This document shows, in pieces, positions 49,553-59,095 of a stretch of 64,000 nt of DNA. The notes below the pieces were generated by a model. It saw only the letters and a list, made by a program, of their open reading frames with translations. It was not told the DNA's origin and ran no database searches. Every line of letters starts with the position of its first letter. The stretch's first letter is position 1. The stretch spans positions 18,931-82,930 of the forward strand of contig PDQZ01000010.1 in NCBI GenBank assembly GCA_002747955.1, written 5' to 3'. The DNA comes from Candidatus Campbellbacteria bacterium (GTDB taxonomy: Bacteria > Patescibacteriota > Minisyncoccia > Phycocordibacterales > GCA-2747955). The translations under genes and the position numbers were made by a program.

Positions 49553-49871
49553 AGGCTTTTTTAATTAATTTAATTTTTTCTAACTCTTTTTTACTTAACT
49601 TTTGATTTTTCTTTTTAATTCCATTAAACAAAACAATTATTTTGTCGTTTTCATAAATATAAAAAATTCTAAATTCGTTATTTCCGTACTGCGTTCTTAA
49701 CTCATAAACTCCTTTTACACTCTTTATCTTTTTTACAAAATGTTTCAGAGTAAATTCTTGTCTAAACTTTAAAATATCAAGGGCCTTCAAAACTTTTACT
49801 GCTTCGTTAAATTCTAATTTACTTATAAATTTATCAAAATAATTTTTATATTTTTTGATTTCCCTATTCAT
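49536..49871 (-). CDS. higB: RelE/ParE-superfamily toxin (HigB/Gp49-like)
   Basis: 111 aa. KGVYELRTQYGNNEFRIFYIY...IIVLFNGIKKK matches the phage Gp49/HigB-type toxin fold. Toxin-upstream order is typical of the HigBA family. Confidence 0.6.
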   Translation of the reverse strand: MNREIKKYKNYFDKFISKLEFNEAVKVLKALDILKFRQEFTLKHFVKKIKSVKGVYELRTQYGNNEFRIFYIYENDKIIVLFNGIKKKNQKLSKKELEKIKLIKKAYDKEK

Positions 49872-50177
49872 ACCTATATATTATCACAGTTGATAAATAT
49901 ATCAACATTTAAATTGTGAATAACTTGCATTATATATCAACCTTAAAAATATTAAATTTCACTAAAATAAAAGAGGTTTTTAGTTTTTTCTTTCTTTCCT
50001 CCTTTACAATTGACTTTTTAAAATTTTGGATTATACTTAAAGTATGAATTAGCTCTGCATTTGTATTTGCAGCCCCGGGAATTGGACCCGGAACGCCCAA
50101 ATACTGCAGGGCTTTTTCTTTTATTTTTTTTAAATAAAAAACAGTTTTTATGATGTTTGTAATCATAAAAACTGTTG

Positions 50178-50312
50178 TTATTTACCTTGCTGACATCTGT
50201 TGGTACAAATACCAAACTCGTCACAAGTTGGACAGCCGAATTTGACTGTTTTAATTTTTGTAATTTTTTCAGGTTTAAAAATTTTTGGCTTCCCAATTTC
50301 TCCTTTTTTCAT
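50178..50312 (-). CDS. 44-aa Cys-rich peptide (CxxC-X5-C-X3-C), not in the ORF track
   Basis: rc reads ggaggcagaaaATG then MKKGEIGKPKIFKPEKITKIKTVKFGCPTCDEFGICTNRCQQGK*. Strong RBS. Followed on the same strand by a GC-rich nested hairpin (50040..50115). Confidence 0.4.
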   Translation of the reverse strand: MKKGEIGKPKIFKPEKITKIKTVKFGCPTCDEFGICTNRCQQGK

Positions 50313-50402
50313 TTTCTGCCTCCTTGTTAAAAATTGAACTTTTTATATTATAACAAAAAAACATCATATTTAAAAATATAAAGTTTTTTTGAAAAAATTA
50401 TC

Positions 50403-52871
50403 TTAAAATCTTACAAATGAAACTACACTATCACCTTCTTTAAGTCTCATTATTCTTACTCCTTGTGTGTCACGGTTTAGTTTTGGCACAGAATCAATTG
50501 AAATTCTAATAACCTGAGAGTTTTTAGACATAGCGATTACTTCTTCATGTTCTGGATAAACTACAGAAGATTTAACAATAAGACCTGTTTTTTCTGTTAC
50601 TTTGGCTGTTTTTATACCACTTCCACCACGAGCTTGTGTTTTGTATTCTGTGGCTTTTGTTTGCTTTCCATATCCGTTTTGAGTAATCACTAAAATATAA
50701 GCATCGTCTTTTCTTCCTTTTTCTAAAATAGAAAGTGAAACCACAATATCATCTTTTCCAAGTTTAATTCCTCGCACCCCACCGGCTGTTCTACCCATGT
50801 TTCTGATTTGTGATGATTCAAAATGAATAGTTTTTCCTTGTTGTGAAGTTAAAACAACATCATCTTGTTCTTTAACAAACCTTGCGTCAATAAGTTCGTC
50901 ATCGTTTTTCAAAGAAATTGCAATAAGCCCGTTTGCTCTGACTTCAAAAAATGCATCAGCAGCAGTTTTCTTGACAGTCCCGTTTTTTGTAACCATAATC
51001 AAAGATTCTGCACTTTCTTTAATCTCTTTGTCCATTGTCAAAACAGAAGTGATATTCTCCCCTTCTTCAAGTGGTAAAAAGTTAGCAATAAACTTCCCTT
51101 TAGTTGTTCTTTTTCCTTCTGGAAGTTCATACATTTTGGTTCTGTAAACCTTTCCTTTTGAAGAAAAGAACAAGATATCTGAATGAGTTGAAGAAGTGAT
51201 AAATTCTGAAATCACGTCGTCGTCTTTTGTTGACATATCAGAAACTCCCTTTCCTCCCCTTTTTTGAGCTTTAAACTCTTTTGGATTTGTTCGTTTCAAA
51301 TACCCTTTTTCTGTCAAAACAAGAGTTGATTGTTCGTTTGGAATTAAGTCTTCTACTTTAAAGTTTCCAGCTTTTTGTGGTACAACCACAGTTCTTCTTT
51401 CATCTCCATATTGTTCTGCAACTTCATTTAACTGTTCTTTGATGATTTTTATAATTCTTGCAGGAGATGACAAAATATCTTTCAAATCTTTAATCTTTGC
51501 CAAAAGTTCTTTAAGTTCATCTTCGATTTTCTTTCTTTCAAGTCCAGCCAACTTTTGAAGTTTCATATCCAAAATAGCTTGAGCTTGAATTTCTGTGAAT
51601 TTAAACTTTTTAATCAAGTTGCTTTTAGCTTCAACAGTGTCTTTTGAAGCTTTAATAATTTTAATCACTTGATCAATATGATCAAGAGCTTTTTTCAATC
51701 CTTCTAAAATATGCGCTCGAGCTTCAGCTTTTTTCAAATCAAACTCTGTTGCTTTGTAAATAACTTCTTTTCTGTGAGCAATAAAATCTTCTAAAACATC
51801 TTTTAAATTCAAAGTTTTTGGCACTCCTTCAACAAGTGCAACCATGTTAAAGTTAAACTTTTCTTCAAGCTGTGTGTTTTTATATAAATAGTTTAAAATT
51901 TTCTGTGCAAATGCTCCCCTTTTAAGTTCGATTACAACTCGGATGTCAGCGGTAGACTCATCTCTTAGATCTTTCAAACCTGTGATTTTTTTGTCACGGA
52001 AAAGGTTGGCAATTTTTTCAACAAAAACAGCCTTGTTCACACGAAACGGCAAAGAAGTAACAACAATTTTACTTCCTCCACCGTCTGACTCTTCAACTTC
52101 TGCATGTCCTCTTACTACAACTCCTCCACGACCTGTTTGGTATGCTTCTAAAATATCTTCATTGTTAAAGACAATTCCTCCGAGTGGAAAATCAGGTCCT
52201 TTTACAAACTGCATCAAATCTTTTACAGAACAAGTTGGATTATCTAAAATATGTTCTGTTGCATCGGTTAGTTCTTTTAAATTGTGTGGTGGAATATTTG
52301 TAGCCATTCCAACAGCAATACCCAAAGTACCGTTTAACAAAAGCCCTGGAACTCTTGTTGGCAAAACTTTTGGTTCTTGCATTGAGCCGTCGTAGTTTGG
52401 TGCATATTCAACAGTTTCTTTTTCAATATCAGACAAGTACGCAGAAGTGATTTTTTGCATTTTAGCTTCGGTATATCTGTGAGCAGCTGGTGAATCACCA
52501 TCAACCGAACCAAAGTTTCCTTGCCCCCAAATTAATGGGTATCTATATGTAAAATCTTGTGCCATTCCAACCATTGTTAAGTAAACAGCAGCATCTCCGT
52601 GTGGGTGGTATTTACCTAAAACGTCTCCCACAACACGAGCAGATTTCATAAACTTTGAAAAAGCTGTAAGGTTATTTTTGTGCATAGAATAAATAATTCT
52701 TCTATGAACAGGCTTCATTCCGTCTCGCACATCAGGAAGCGCACGGTCTGTAATAACCGACATGGCATAGTCAATATATGACTTTCGCATTGTATCAACA
52801 ATAGGTGCTTCAATGATTGACTTATGTTCCAAAACATTATCTAAATTTTTGTTATTTTTTTCTTCTGACAT
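50403..52871 (-). CDS. gyrA: DNA gyrase subunit A
   Basis: 822 aa. Active-site region with the catalytic Tyr ([10 protein letters not shown]), a QRDR-like segment ([14 protein letters not shown]), and C-terminal beta-pinwheel repeats. Confidence 0.95.
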   Translation of the reverse strand: MSEEKNNKNLDNVLEHKSIIEAPIVDTMRKSYIDYAMSVITDRALPDVRDGMKPVHRRIIYSMHKNNLTAFSKFMKSARVVGDVLGKYHPHGDAAVYLTMVGMAQDFTYRYPLIWGQGNFGSVDGDSPAAHRYTEAKMQKITSAYLSDIEKETVEYAPNYDGSMQEPKVLPTRVPGLLLNGTLGIAVGMATNIPPHNLKELTDATEHILDNPTCSVKDLMQFVKGPDFPLGGIVFNNEDILEAYQTGRGGVVVRGHAEVEESDGGGSKIVVTSLPFRVNKAVFVEKIANLFRDKKITGLKDLRDESTADIRVVIELKRGAFAQKILNYLYKNTQLEEKFNFNMVALVEGVPKTLNLKDVLEDFIAHRKEVIYKATEFDLKKAEARAHILEGLKKALDHIDQVIKIIKASKDTVEAKSNLIKKFKFTEIQAQAILDMKLQKLAGLERKKIEDELKELLAKIKDLKDILSSPARIIKIIKEQLNEVAEQYGDERRTVVVPQKAGNFKVEDLIPNEQSTLVLTEKGYLKRTNPKEFKAQKRGGKGVSDMSTKDDDVISEFITSSTHSDILFFSSKGKVYRTKMYELPEGKRTTKGKFIANFLPLEEGENITSVLTMDKEIKESAESLIMVTKNGTVKKTAADAFFEVRANGLIAISLKNDDELIDARFVKEQDDVVLTSQQGKTIHFESSQIRNMGRTAGGVRGIKLGKDDIVVSLSILEKGRKDDAYILVITQNGYGKQTKATEYKTQARGGSGIKTAKVTEKTGLIVKSSVVYPEHEEVIAMSKNSQVIRISIDSVPKLNRDTQGVRIMRLKEGDSVVSFVRF

Positions 52872-52872
52872 A

Positions 52873-53502
52873 TTATATTGTTTTTAATTCTATTAATTCT
52901 TTTTTTCCTTCTTCTGGTAAATCTTTCTTTTTGATTGTAAGTTTTTCTTCAGTTTTAAGTTCTGAACCAAGCTCGGCTGAAAACTCTTTCAACTGATCTT
53001 TTGATGAGTAAAAAATAGGAATTACAACTTTTGGTGAAAATTGTTTTACAAATTTTGCAGCTTCTTTTGGGGTGAAAGTTTCTTCCCCACCAATTGGTAC
53101 AATGAAAATATCTCCTTTGTTAAATTCTTCATAAGCTTCGTTTGAAAAATCTTCGGCTTTTGAAATCGGACCAATTACAACTAAGTTAATTTCGTCAAAC
53201 AAAATTGAATAAGAAGTGATCATTTCATCTGCTTTTTGAAACTTTTGTTTCAAACCGTAGCCTTTAATGAACACATCTGAAATCTCGTATTCCCCTGCTC
53301 CTTTGATTGTAAATGGAACTTTGTCTTTGTAACTTACTTGATCATATCCGTTAAAATCTGGGTGATACAAGCAAGAAATGGCAATATCTGAGCCAAATTT
53401 TGTTGTTTTTTGTTTAGAATTTTTTGAAATTGGATTAAATGCAATTGTTTTATCTGCATATACAAATTTTAAAAACGATTCTCCGTGTTTTGTAATTATC
53501 AT
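52873..53502 (-). CDS. MBL-fold metal-dependent hydrolase (COG2220-like)
   Basis: The start was reassigned to the internal ATG ([13 protein letters not shown]...). A His/Asp-rich motif (LYHPDF) was seen and the MBL-fold assignment is tentative. 1-nt gap to gyrA, so operonic. Confidence 0.45.
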   Translation of the reverse strand: MIITKHGESFLKFVYADKTIAFNPISKNSKQKTTKFGSDIAISCLYHPDFNGYDQVSYKDKVPFTIKGAGEYEISDVFIKGYGLKQKFQKADEMITSYSILFDEINLVVIGPISKAEDFSNEAYEEFNKGDIFIVPIGGEETFTPKEAAKFVKQFSPKVVIPIFYSSKDQLKEFSAELGSELKTEEKLTIKKKDLPEEGKKELIELKTI

Positions 53503-53587
53503 ATGTGTTATATTATACCAAAAAAAGCCTAAAAATTCCACTTTTTTGGACATTTTTAGACACATATTTTAACTTAAAATATGTCAA

Positions 53588-53636
53588 AAAGCCCGAAAAT
53601 TGCTCCGCAATTTTCGGGCCCATTCCCAAAAAACCC
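53588..53636. repeat. Hairpin repeat family B, copy with extended 3' tail; terminator position after the large MTase gene
   Basis: aaagcccgaaaattgctccgcaattttcgggcccattcccaaaaaaccc. Compare 39845..39891. Confidence 0.7.
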
Positions 53637-53637
53637 A

Positions 53638-55995
53638 TTATTTCAAAAATTCATATTCATAAACTTTCGGTTTAATTTTTTGTGCAAGTATTTTCATTTT
53701 TTCTTTTAAATTCAAGTTCAGTTTTGTATAAGTTTCATCATCACTTCTTGAATTCATTCTTCCTGCTTTACTTCTTCCTTGAAAATATTCTCGTATATCA
53801 TAATAACTTGCATTTACATTTGCACCATATTGTTTATGGTAATACTTCCAAAGTTCTTTTCCTGCTTCAAAAACATCTTTTGCTTCTTTTGAAAATTCTA
53901 ACTCTTGATTTTCTTTAAAATGATTTTGATATTTTTCAAAAAACTTTTTATCAACTTCAATTGTTGTATTTTCTGAAAGTTCTTTTTGAATATTTTTTTC
54001 TTTTTCAATAACAATTTTTCCTGATTTAAAATCAGAAATAAAATCTATCATAAAATGATTTGAAAATCTTTCTTTTGCATCAACTTCTTGTTCTGAAAAA
54101 GGAACCCAAAAATTTTCTCCTTCTTTTGAACTTATTCTGTTTTGTGTGTGAAACAAAGTAAAAGTTAAACAATCCAATTGAAATTCAAAATCATTTTGCC
54201 AACCATCTTTCGGATATAAAAATTGATCTCTATCATTTAACCAAGTTGCCTTAATACATAACCTGACAGTAAAAAATATACAACTTTGAATTAAATTTTT
54301 TATTGTAATTTTTATTCTCGTATTATGGTTTTTTTCATTTAATTTACTTGCAATAAAAACCAAACTTCTTTGTTGAAAATCACTCCCTGTAGTATTTAAA
54401 ATACCTATAAAATTTTCAGGTTCTTTTTCTGAAAAAGTTGGAATCCACTGACTGATAAATTTATTGTTTTTATTAGAAGAAATATTCTTAAAGCCTAAAA
54501 AATCACAATTTTTATTATAAATATCAGCCTTAATTTCGTCGAAATCATCAATTTTTTCACCATTCCAAATAAAAAAACCAATAGGAAATTTTCCTTTTAC
54601 ATTGTCAAAGGTGTCAGCTGGAGTTAAAAATAATTTTTCAAGTTTTGGTCTAAAGTTTTGTCTGAAAATTTTAAAATTAGAACCTTGCAAATTTTTCAAC
54701 TTTGAAAAATTTGCAATTTTTGACTTTGGAATTTCTTTATAAATTCTTATTAAAAATTGAGCAAAAAGTTCATTTCGTGCTTTTGATAATTCTGACTCAT
54801 ACTTTTTATAAATTAAATTTTCTGTAGTTGTTCCAGCCTTGTGTTCTCCCTTACCTGATATTTTTGTTTTATTTCCAGCTTCCGCATACGGTGGATTAAT
54901 ATACAAAATCAACTTCTTTCTTTTCTCTTTATCATTTATTATATCTTGTAAACTTTGTGGTAACTTATCAAAAGAGTCATTCAAAAAATCAAACTGAAAA
55001 ACTTGTTTTTCTAACAAATTTTGTTTTCCAGCTTTAATATTTTCATGCATTACATTTACATCAACTTGATCAAGTGTTGATGCATAAATATTATATTTAT
55101 TTGTTAAACCTGCAAGCAGGTTTCCAGTTCCAGCTGCACAATCCCAAACATAATACTCATCTTGCCAATCTTCTCCAAAAACATCTGCAATATACTTTTG
55201 TGAAAGTTCTACCCACTGTCTTGGTGTAAAAAATGCTCCTTTTCTTTCGCGAATATCTTGTGGCACTATCAAGTCTCTTCTTTGAATAATATATTCTTGA
55301 AATTTTTTCTGTGGTGGTCTTTTGTAACTTTTCCAAAAAGATTGATAAATATCATTATTGTTTATGTTAATAGTTGCATCAAACATTTGTTTTAAATTTT
55401 CTTTTGAAATTTTATAACCTTCATTTTGGTAAATTACAAATAAATTTTCTTTTATACTAACATCGTCTGATGTGTCTTGTGTGTTTTTGTCATCTACAAA
55501 CAAATCGGCTAAATAAAAGTCGCTATCTAAAATATTTGATTTTTTTAATTCCTCCCAATCTACAGCAATTATGGGTTTAACAACTTCAAGCCATCTTAAA
55601 TATATTGGAATAAAATTATTTTTATTAATTTTTATTTTATTACTTTGTTTTGATAGCGCAATGTTTGTTTTAATAAATTTCTCAAGTTCTTTTTTGTCTT
55701 TTATATAGTTAAAAGTATATGTATTTTTTGTTAAAATACTTTCTATTCTTTCTTTAATTATTTGAAATTCTTTTGTTTCATGATTTGATGGAGTAACATT
55801 CCAATTAAAATCATTTAAATGAAAAATATCCTCAATAGAAATATAAGGTACAAAAGAAATTTTGTGAAAATCAAATGCTCCTAAAAATTCAGGTGGCAGT
55901 GTTTTATCAAAAGTTTTTGCTTTTCCAATTGTTAAAATTAACTGTACAAACATCGTTACAGTATCATAGTCTCCAGTTTTAGCTTCGGCCCACAA
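53638..55995 (-). CDS. Large N6-adenine DNA methyltransferase (gamma-class, NPPY) with long N- and C-terminal extensions; possible MmeI-like Type IIL/IIG R-M enzyme
   Basis: Motif I VWDCAAGTGNLL, followed about 75 aa later by motif IV LILYINPPYAEAG. About 285 aa precede the MTase core and about 400 aa follow it (TRD-like). The tracked ORF begins at a TTG. The frame stays open upstream through the poly-C tract to a TGA near 56087. Confidence 0.7.
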   Translation of the reverse strand: MWAEAKTGDYDTVTMFVQLILTIGKAKTFDKTLPPEFLGAFDFHKISFVPYISIEDIFHLNDFNWNVTPSNHETKEFQIIKERIESILTKNTYTFNYIKDKKELEKFIKTNIALSKQSNKIKINKNNFIPIYLRWLEVVKPIIAVDWEELKKSNILDSDFYLADLFVDDKNTQDTSDDVSIKENLFVIYQNEGYKISKENLKQMFDATININNNDIYQSFWKSYKRPPQKKFQEYIIQRRDLIVPQDIRERKGAFFTPRQWVELSQKYIADVFGEDWQDEYYVWDCAAGTGNLLAGLTNKYNIYASTLDQVDVNVMHENIKAGKQNLLEKQVFQFDFLNDSFDKLPQSLQDIINDKEKRKKLILYINPPYAEAGNKTKISGKGEHKAGTTTENLIYKKYESELSKARNELFAQFLIRIYKEIPKSKIANFSKLKNLQGSNFKIFRQNFRPKLEKLFLTPADTFDNVKGKFPIGFFIWNGEKIDDFDEIKADIYNKNCDFLGFKNISSNKNNKFISQWIPTFSEKEPENFIGILNTTGSDFQQRSLVFIASKLNEKNHNTRIKITIKNLIQSCIFFTVRLCIKATWLNDRDQFLYPKDGWQNDFEFQLDCLTFTLFHTQNRISSKEGENFWVPFSEQEVDAKERFSNHFMIDFISDFKSGKIVIEKEKNIQKELSENTTIEVDKKFFEKYQNHFKENQELEFSKEAKDVFEAGKELWKYYHKQYGANVNASYYDIREYFQGRSKAGRMNSRSDDETYTKLNLNLKEKMKILAQKIKPKVYEYEFLK

Positions 55996-56006
55996 AAGAG
56001 GTTGTC

Positions 56007-56165
56007 TTATAGACTTGCCCCCCCCCCGAGACTTTCTTGCAGGGTTTGTTGTTTTGAAAATACTGAAAAATCAATATTTCCGATAATTTCTGTTGTATCA
56101 AATAAAGAAAACCAATCTTCTCCTACTTTATTTTTCAACTCTTCTTCTCTTATATTTTTATACAT
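56007..56165 (-). CDS. 52-codon leader ORF ending just after the poly-G tract; potential N-terminal extension of the methyltransferase after a +1 tract-length change
   Basis: ATG (rc of 56163..56165), then MYKNIREEELKNKVGEDWFSLFDTTEIIGNIDFSVFSKQQTLQESLGGGASL*. The G10 tract encodes the GGG codons. Confidence 0.45.
   Translation of the reverse strand: MYKNIREEELKNKVGEDWFSLFDTTEIIGNIDFSVFSKQQTLQESLGGGASL
56018..56027. repeat. Homopolymeric C10 (G10 on the coding strand) tract at the 5' end of the large methyltransferase gene; candidate phase-variation switch
   Basis: agacttgCCCCCCCCCCgagact. Frame arithmetic done by hand: 11 (or 8) G puts the 56165 ATG in frame with the entire MTase ORF. Confidence 0.7.
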
Positions 56166-56258
56166 TTTTTTATTTTATTGTTTCAATTATATCACAAAAA
56201 TAAATAAATTTTAAAAAAACCGCGAAACAAGTTTCGCGGTTTTTGTCTGGGGGAAATT

Positions 56259-56633
56259 TTAAGAATAATATTTCCCCAATAAGACTTTTATCATAAACCG
56301 ATATAAAAATTCGTGAATAACTTTTTCTATATCATATTCCCCTTCCGAAGAACAATCTTTTGATAAACTTGCGTCAATGAAGTTAAATATAGTTTGATTG
56401 TCTTTACAAAACTCTTCAACTTCCAAAATTGCTTGTTTAAAACATTCGGGCTCAGATGTAATTATCATAACCCCATCTGCATTTGAAATCTCACCCATAA
56501 AGATTTTGTCTCTATGAACGATCTGCAATTCACTTACAAACTCAAATTTCTCAACTGTTTCTAAAAGAAACTTACTGTCAGGATTTGAAGTCAAAATAAA
56601 GACTTTTATTTCTTTCATTATCTTTTCCCCCAA
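56259..56633 (-). CDS. Hypothetical protein
   Basis: 124-aa ORF. The aaaccgcgaaacaagtttcgcggttttt hairpin sits at 56219..56247, downstream of its stop on the - strand. Confidence 0.4.
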   Translation of the reverse strand: MGEKIMKEIKVFILTSNPDSKFLLETVEKFEFVSELQIVHRDKIFMGEISNADGVMIITSEPECFKQAILEVEEFCKDNQTIFNFIDASLSKDCSSEGEYDIEKVIHEFLYRFMIKVLLGKYYS

Positions 56634-56830
56634 CCTGGTTTGCTTGTAGATCCTAAAAGCAAATTTGAATTTGCTCTTGAAAGTAACAGCTTTTCTTTTT
56701 CAAGATCAGCAATTCTTTTTCTGAGAGCTTTACTCTGGATTTTTAAATCTTTTTTATCTTCTTGAAGCTGTTTTATTTGGGCTTCAAGTTTTAGTATATC
56801 CTGAATTGCCGATGCGTAATCAGATGACAT
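56618..56830 (-). CDS. Small coiled-coil protein, hypothetical
   Basis: 70 aa with heptad-like LEAQIKQLQEDKKDLKIQSKALRKRIADLEKEK. Overlaps the downstream ORF by 16 nt. Confidence 0.35.
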   Translation of the reverse strand: MSSDYASAIQDILKLEAQIKQLQEDKKDLKIQSKALRKRIADLEKEKLLLSRANSNLLLGSTSKPGWGKR

Positions 56831-56902
56831 ATTTTTCTCCTTTTGTTAATGAAAATTAGATAACATTTTATATTATATTTATCTTTTGTCAATAGTTTCA
56901 GA

Positions 56903-56935
56903 AAGCCCGAAAACAGCGCAGCTATTTTCGGGCTT
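56903..56935. repeat. Hairpin repeat family B, copy 4
   Basis: aagcccgaaaacagcgcagctattttcgggctt. Confidence 0.6.
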
Positions 56936-56984
56936 ACTTAATCTAAAAAACGAAAAAACAAAACAACCTTTCGGTTGTTTTATT

Positions 56985-57446
56985 TTAATCTTCTTTTTTC
57001 TCTTCGGCTTCTTCTTCCTCATTTTCTGATTTTTCTTCTTCTTTTGGTTCTTCTGTAACCTCTTCTTTCTTTTCTTCTTCAGCTGGAGCTTCAGTTTCTT
57101 CAGATGCTTTTTCCTCAGCTTCTTCGGCTTCTTTTGCTTCTTGTTCTGCTTTTAATTTTTCTTCGTCAATGACTGGTGATTTTTTAGGAAGAACATTGAT
57201 TTTTTCTCCTTTAATCACTCCTTCTTTAACCAAAATATTGTGAACAGTTTCTGTTGGTTGTGCACCGTTTGAAATGTATTTTAAAATTTCATCTTTTTTC
57301 AATTCAACTGTTTTTCTGATTGAATCATAGTGCCCAACAATGGCTACGTGTTTGTTTGATTTAACACCTGTTGTCTTGTCTGTTACAACAACTCTGAAAG
57401 AAGGATCGTGTTTTCTACCTACTCTTTGTAATTTTATTTTTAACAT
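56985..57446 (-). CDS. rpsP: 30S ribosomal protein S16 with an acidic C-terminal extension
   Basis: MLKIKLQRVGRKHDPSFRVVVTDKTTG... The start was reassigned to the internal ATG. The tracked ORF adds 13 non-native codons. The C-terminus is E/K/A-rich. Confidence 0.8.
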   Translation of the reverse strand: MLKIKLQRVGRKHDPSFRVVVTDKTTGVKSNKHVAIVGHYDSIRKTVELKKDEILKYISNGAQPTETVHNILVKEGVIKGEKINVLPKKSPVIDEEKLKAEQEAKEAEEAEEKASEETEAPAEEEKKEEVTEEPKEEEKSENEEEEAEEKKED

Positions 57447-57602
57447 AATTAACCCAAATTTTACCAAAAATACACCAAAAGTCAATATTAAAACTTTTTA
57501 TTTTAACAGTTTTTATCACAATCGTTTTCTGTAACTCTTTTTAAAACAAAAAAATTTATAAAATAAAAAATCAGCAAAATTGCTGATTTTTTAAATTTTT
57601 AC

Positions 57603-58790
57603 TTAGGCTGGAGAAACTGAAGGAGCTGTTTTTTCTACCTTTTCTGGTATTAACCGTGTTGGTACTGGTTGTGCCACTGGCTCTTGTGGTTGCATTCCAC
57701 CCATCATAAATCCACCCATCATAGTCATCACATCAACAGCTTTCTCTGGTTTCTCAATCTCAATAGTATTTGCTTTATTTTCAGTAGCTGTAATATTTAG
57801 TTTTATATCTAAATTTCCTTGAACTGTTTTGTTGCCACCCATTTTTTTATCTAATTCATTTCCTAGCTTAATAAAATCAAATTCAAGATTAACTTTTGAT
57901 TTTACAATTTTATTATCTTGAGTTATCCAAAGATACATATTTCCTTTAATATTATTTTCTAAAATATCTTTATTTTCTTTCAAAACTAAAGACATTCTAT
58001 CAATTTCTTTCATCACATCCTCGCTATTCAATTCAGGATTTTTTTTGATATTTTCTTTAACTACCTCAACATAAAAATCAATAAGTTTTTCTGTATCAAA
58101 CTCTACTTCAAATTTTCCTGCTTTGCTCCCATTTACACTATCTGTTTGATTTAAAAAATTTAGTTTAAATGGTTTGTGTTTTAGATATGAGTTTTTAACA
58201 GCAGCTAACATTTGTTTTTGTTCATCAAGACTATAAATTTGATCTATATTATTTACACCTTGTGGATCTAAACTTTCAAGTTTTTTCAAATCAATGAAGA
58301 AATCTTTGTTGTTTATCATCATTCCAAAAAATTGAATTCCTGATTGAATTTGTTTATCGTCTTCAAAAATTTTCATCAATTTGTCTAAATCTGTTGATAC
58401 TTTAAAATACATGCTGTCATCAACTAATTTCATTCCAAAATCAACCTCTAAATCCTTGATTTCTTTTTTTCCAAATTCTTCTGTATCAATATTAGCTGAG
58501 ATTTTATTTTTCAAATCAAAGTCTAATTTTTTGTTTCTTAAATCTTGTTGAGTTTTACCAGCAGATTTCATTTTAAAATCAATCTTTTCTCCTTCAACCT
58601 CTCCTTTAACTCCTATTTCCATTTCAATTTCACCTTTTGTAGGCATTTCTATATTTTTTATTTGTTCTTCAAGTGTTTTTTCTATACTTATGTTTTTAGC
58701 AAAATCTTGATTTTGTTTATAAAAATAAGCAAAAGCAGAAGCTGCTACCACAAACACCACAAATAAAATAATTAATTTTTTCTTTTTCAT
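57603..58790 (-). CDS. Secreted hypothetical protein with a Met/Gly-rich and Pro-rich C-terminal tail
   Basis: 395 aa with signal peptide MKKKKLIILFVVFVVAASAFA. C-terminal tail MMGGFMMGGMQPQEPVAQPVPTR. Confidence 0.5.
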   Translation of the reverse strand: MKKKKLIILFVVFVVAASAFAYFYKQNQDFAKNISIEKTLEEQIKNIEMPTKGEIEMEIGVKGEVEGEKIDFKMKSAGKTQQDLRNKKLDFDLKNKISANIDTEEFGKKEIKDLEVDFGMKLVDDSMYFKVSTDLDKLMKIFEDDKQIQSGIQFFGMMINNKDFFIDLKKLESLDPQGVNNIDQIYSLDEQKQMLAAVKNSYLKHKPFKLNFLNQTDSVNGSKAGKFEVEFDTEKLIDFYVEVVKENIKKNPELNSEDVMKEIDRMSLVLKENKDILENNIKGNMYLWITQDNKIVKSKVNLEFDFIKLGNELDKKMGGNKTVQGNLDIKLNITATENKANTIEIEKPEKAVDVMTMMGGFMMGGMQPQEPVAQPVPTRLIPEKVEKTAPSVSPA

Positions 58791-58985
58791 ATTTTATTTT
58801 ATACAATTTATAATAAATAATTATAACACCAAAAATTAAAAAAACAAATTTAAGTGAAATAAAATTAAAGTAAAAAATCCCTTAAAATAGAACAAAAAAG
58901 TTAAGCTCTCTTCAAATCCTTCTGGATATGACAAAATTAAAATAAAAAATCCCTGCGCACTGCTCGAGATTTTTTATTTATTTTG

Positions 58986-59058
58986 TCCACCCAGAAGGAC
59001 TTGAACCTTCGACCTGCCGGTTAAGAGCCGGATGCTCTACCAACTGAGCTATAGGTGG
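58986..59058 (-). tRNA. tRNA-Lys (anticodon CTT)
   Basis: rc: ccacctaTAgctcagttggtagagc...ccgg-CTCTTAA-ccgg...ggttcaagtcc...tgggtgg-a. U33, anticodon CUU. Acceptor pair C1:G72. Confidence 0.75.
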
Positions 59059-59095
59059 ATAAATTAAAACTTACAGAAGAGTAAGTTTTAATCTG

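Noticed and set aside
58986-59058. Possible UAA-reading suppressor tRNA (TTA in the anticodon loop)
   Set aside because: Placing U33 correctly gives loop C-U-CUU-A-A, so the anticodon is CUU (Lys). Many ORFs in the window terminate with TAA, and the VirB4 split uses three consecutive TAA codons.
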